DNA of 63,946 bases, the filler included, from Octopus bimaculoides (Eukaryota), in the NCBI RefSeq assembly GCF_001194135.2. It is 7 parts of 6 records of this genome, joined end to end, with 100 filler letters (N's around TTAATTAATTAA, not from the genome) between each part and the next. Parts side by side here need not be neighbours in the genome. Positions count along the whole stretch, not along the records: positions 62,727 to 63,946 come from NW_026438322.1; 6 more parts are not named here. One strand, written 5' to 3'. The position numbers were made by a program, and so were the translations under genes. Positions 62,728-63,946 of the stretch are shown here, in pieces. The notes under the pieces were generated by a model. The model searched no databases. It was not told the DNA's origin and saw only the letters and a program-made list of their open reading frames with translations. Every line of letters begins with the position of its first letter. Position 1 is the first letter of the stretch.

Positions 62728-63946
62728 TAATTTCACACTGGTGGGTGACCATAGCTGTGAGCAGTAATCCAGGTGGATGAGGACAAATGTTTTCCAGAGG
62801 ACCATCATGGATTCCTTATCTCTGGTTCTGAATGTTCTCAGGATCCATCCAGCCAGTCATCTGCACTTTATCACCATCATGGTAATGTGCAGTTGGAAAG
62901 AGGTATCATCACTCATGTCGATACCCATGTCTGTCACTGATTTAGTCTCTGGGATTGAAATTCTCTGTGGACCAGTGTACTCTGTAAATTTCATATTCAG
63001 TTTTGGACGTTGGTAGCGCATGGCTTGGAATTTTTCAGCATTAAACTGCATATTGTTGTCCTCAGCCCATCTGTAAATTGAGTCCAACTCCTGCTGCAGA
63101 TGTGCAACATCACTGGAGTTCTGGAGTTTCTGCAAGACTTTCGTATTGTCTGCGTAGCTTGCAAGGGTGGCTATCCGGGCACTTGAGGTCATATCTGAGA
63201 GAGCGACTATAAAAAGCAATGGTCCCAAGACAGTGCCCTGTGGAACACCGTTCACTATTTGTGTTTTCATAGAGGTGTAGCGATATTAGCCACTACTGCC
63301 TGACTTCTATCTTTCAGAAAATCATGTAACCATTCTCCAAGTTTTCCAGCTATGCCAAGATCGCTCAGTTTGTGGCATACCACACCATGATCCACTTTGT
63401 CAAAAGCTTTTGCAAAATCAAGGTATATAACATCCACATTTGAGTTGTTGAGTAAACTGCCTCAACACCCAGTCATAATGTTGTAAGAACTGGGTCAGGC
63501 AGCTCCTACCTGGTTGAAAGCCATGTTGGGTATCACTCAGCAAGTTATTTTCTTCAAGGAATGCGATTAGTTTTCCTCTGACTATCCTTTCCATGATTTT
63601 GCTGATGTGTGAAGTCAGAGACATAGGCCTATAGTTTTTGGCATCTGCTCTGCTTCACCCTTTATGGATTGGGCATATTATTCCCTCCTTCAGCTTGCTT
63701 GGCAGTCTGCCATTTGCGAGAAAGCTCTGGAAGAGGATCTGGAGGGGTTTTGACAGAGCATGCTTACATGATTTCAGGAGGATTGCAGGGAAACCATCAG
63801 GACCAGCAGTTGAGTTTGTGTCCACTTCATCTATAGCTACTAGTACATCTTCACTAATGTTGATGTATTCCATCGTAACTGCCTCTCTGGTTATAAGGGA
63901 GGTAGTAAAGAAGTCCACTGGTTCGTTCACTTGTCTGTGCTCCAAC
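62728..63946 (-). mobile_element. CR1/L2-like LINE RT region, running off the window end
   Basis: AGPDGFPA, SLTSHISKIMER, QHGFQPGRSCLTQ, LDFAKAFDKVDH, GVPQGTVLGPLLF, YADNT, WAEDNNMQFNAEK. Confidence 0.9.

Overview
AT-rich, gap-riddled eukaryotic genomic DNA, roughly one fifth N, with many gaps flanked by (TA)n. The SINE repertoire suggests an octopus genome (inference from recognised repeat families, not from a search). No intact host gene is visible; nearly all long ORF-track entries are artefacts of N runs or microsatellites. The interpretable content is mobile DNA. Retroelements: R4/Dong-like RLE LINEs embedded in (TAA)n tracts, a near full-length Tx1/L1-like LINE plus a second ORF1 remnant, CR1/L2-like and RTE-like LINE pieces (one with a PHD finger inside the RT region), a Gypsy integrase remnant and a Penelope-like GIY-YIG remnant. 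DNA elements: Tc1 and mariner remnants, Helitron-like elements and several foldback/MITE hairpins. There are also many tRNA-derived SINEs. The best leads are: (1) microsatellite-anchored non-coding repeats carrying hammerhead-ribozyme core motifs, one in canonical type I order and two with complete motif sets in a non-canonical order with conserved spacing; (2) a Tx1-like element bracketed by ~175-bp direct repeats that splits a SINE; (3) a SINE concatemer inside one 17-bp target-site duplication; (4) long inverted repeats able to form dsRNA. All coordinates were read by eye and may be off by a few bases at decayed ends.
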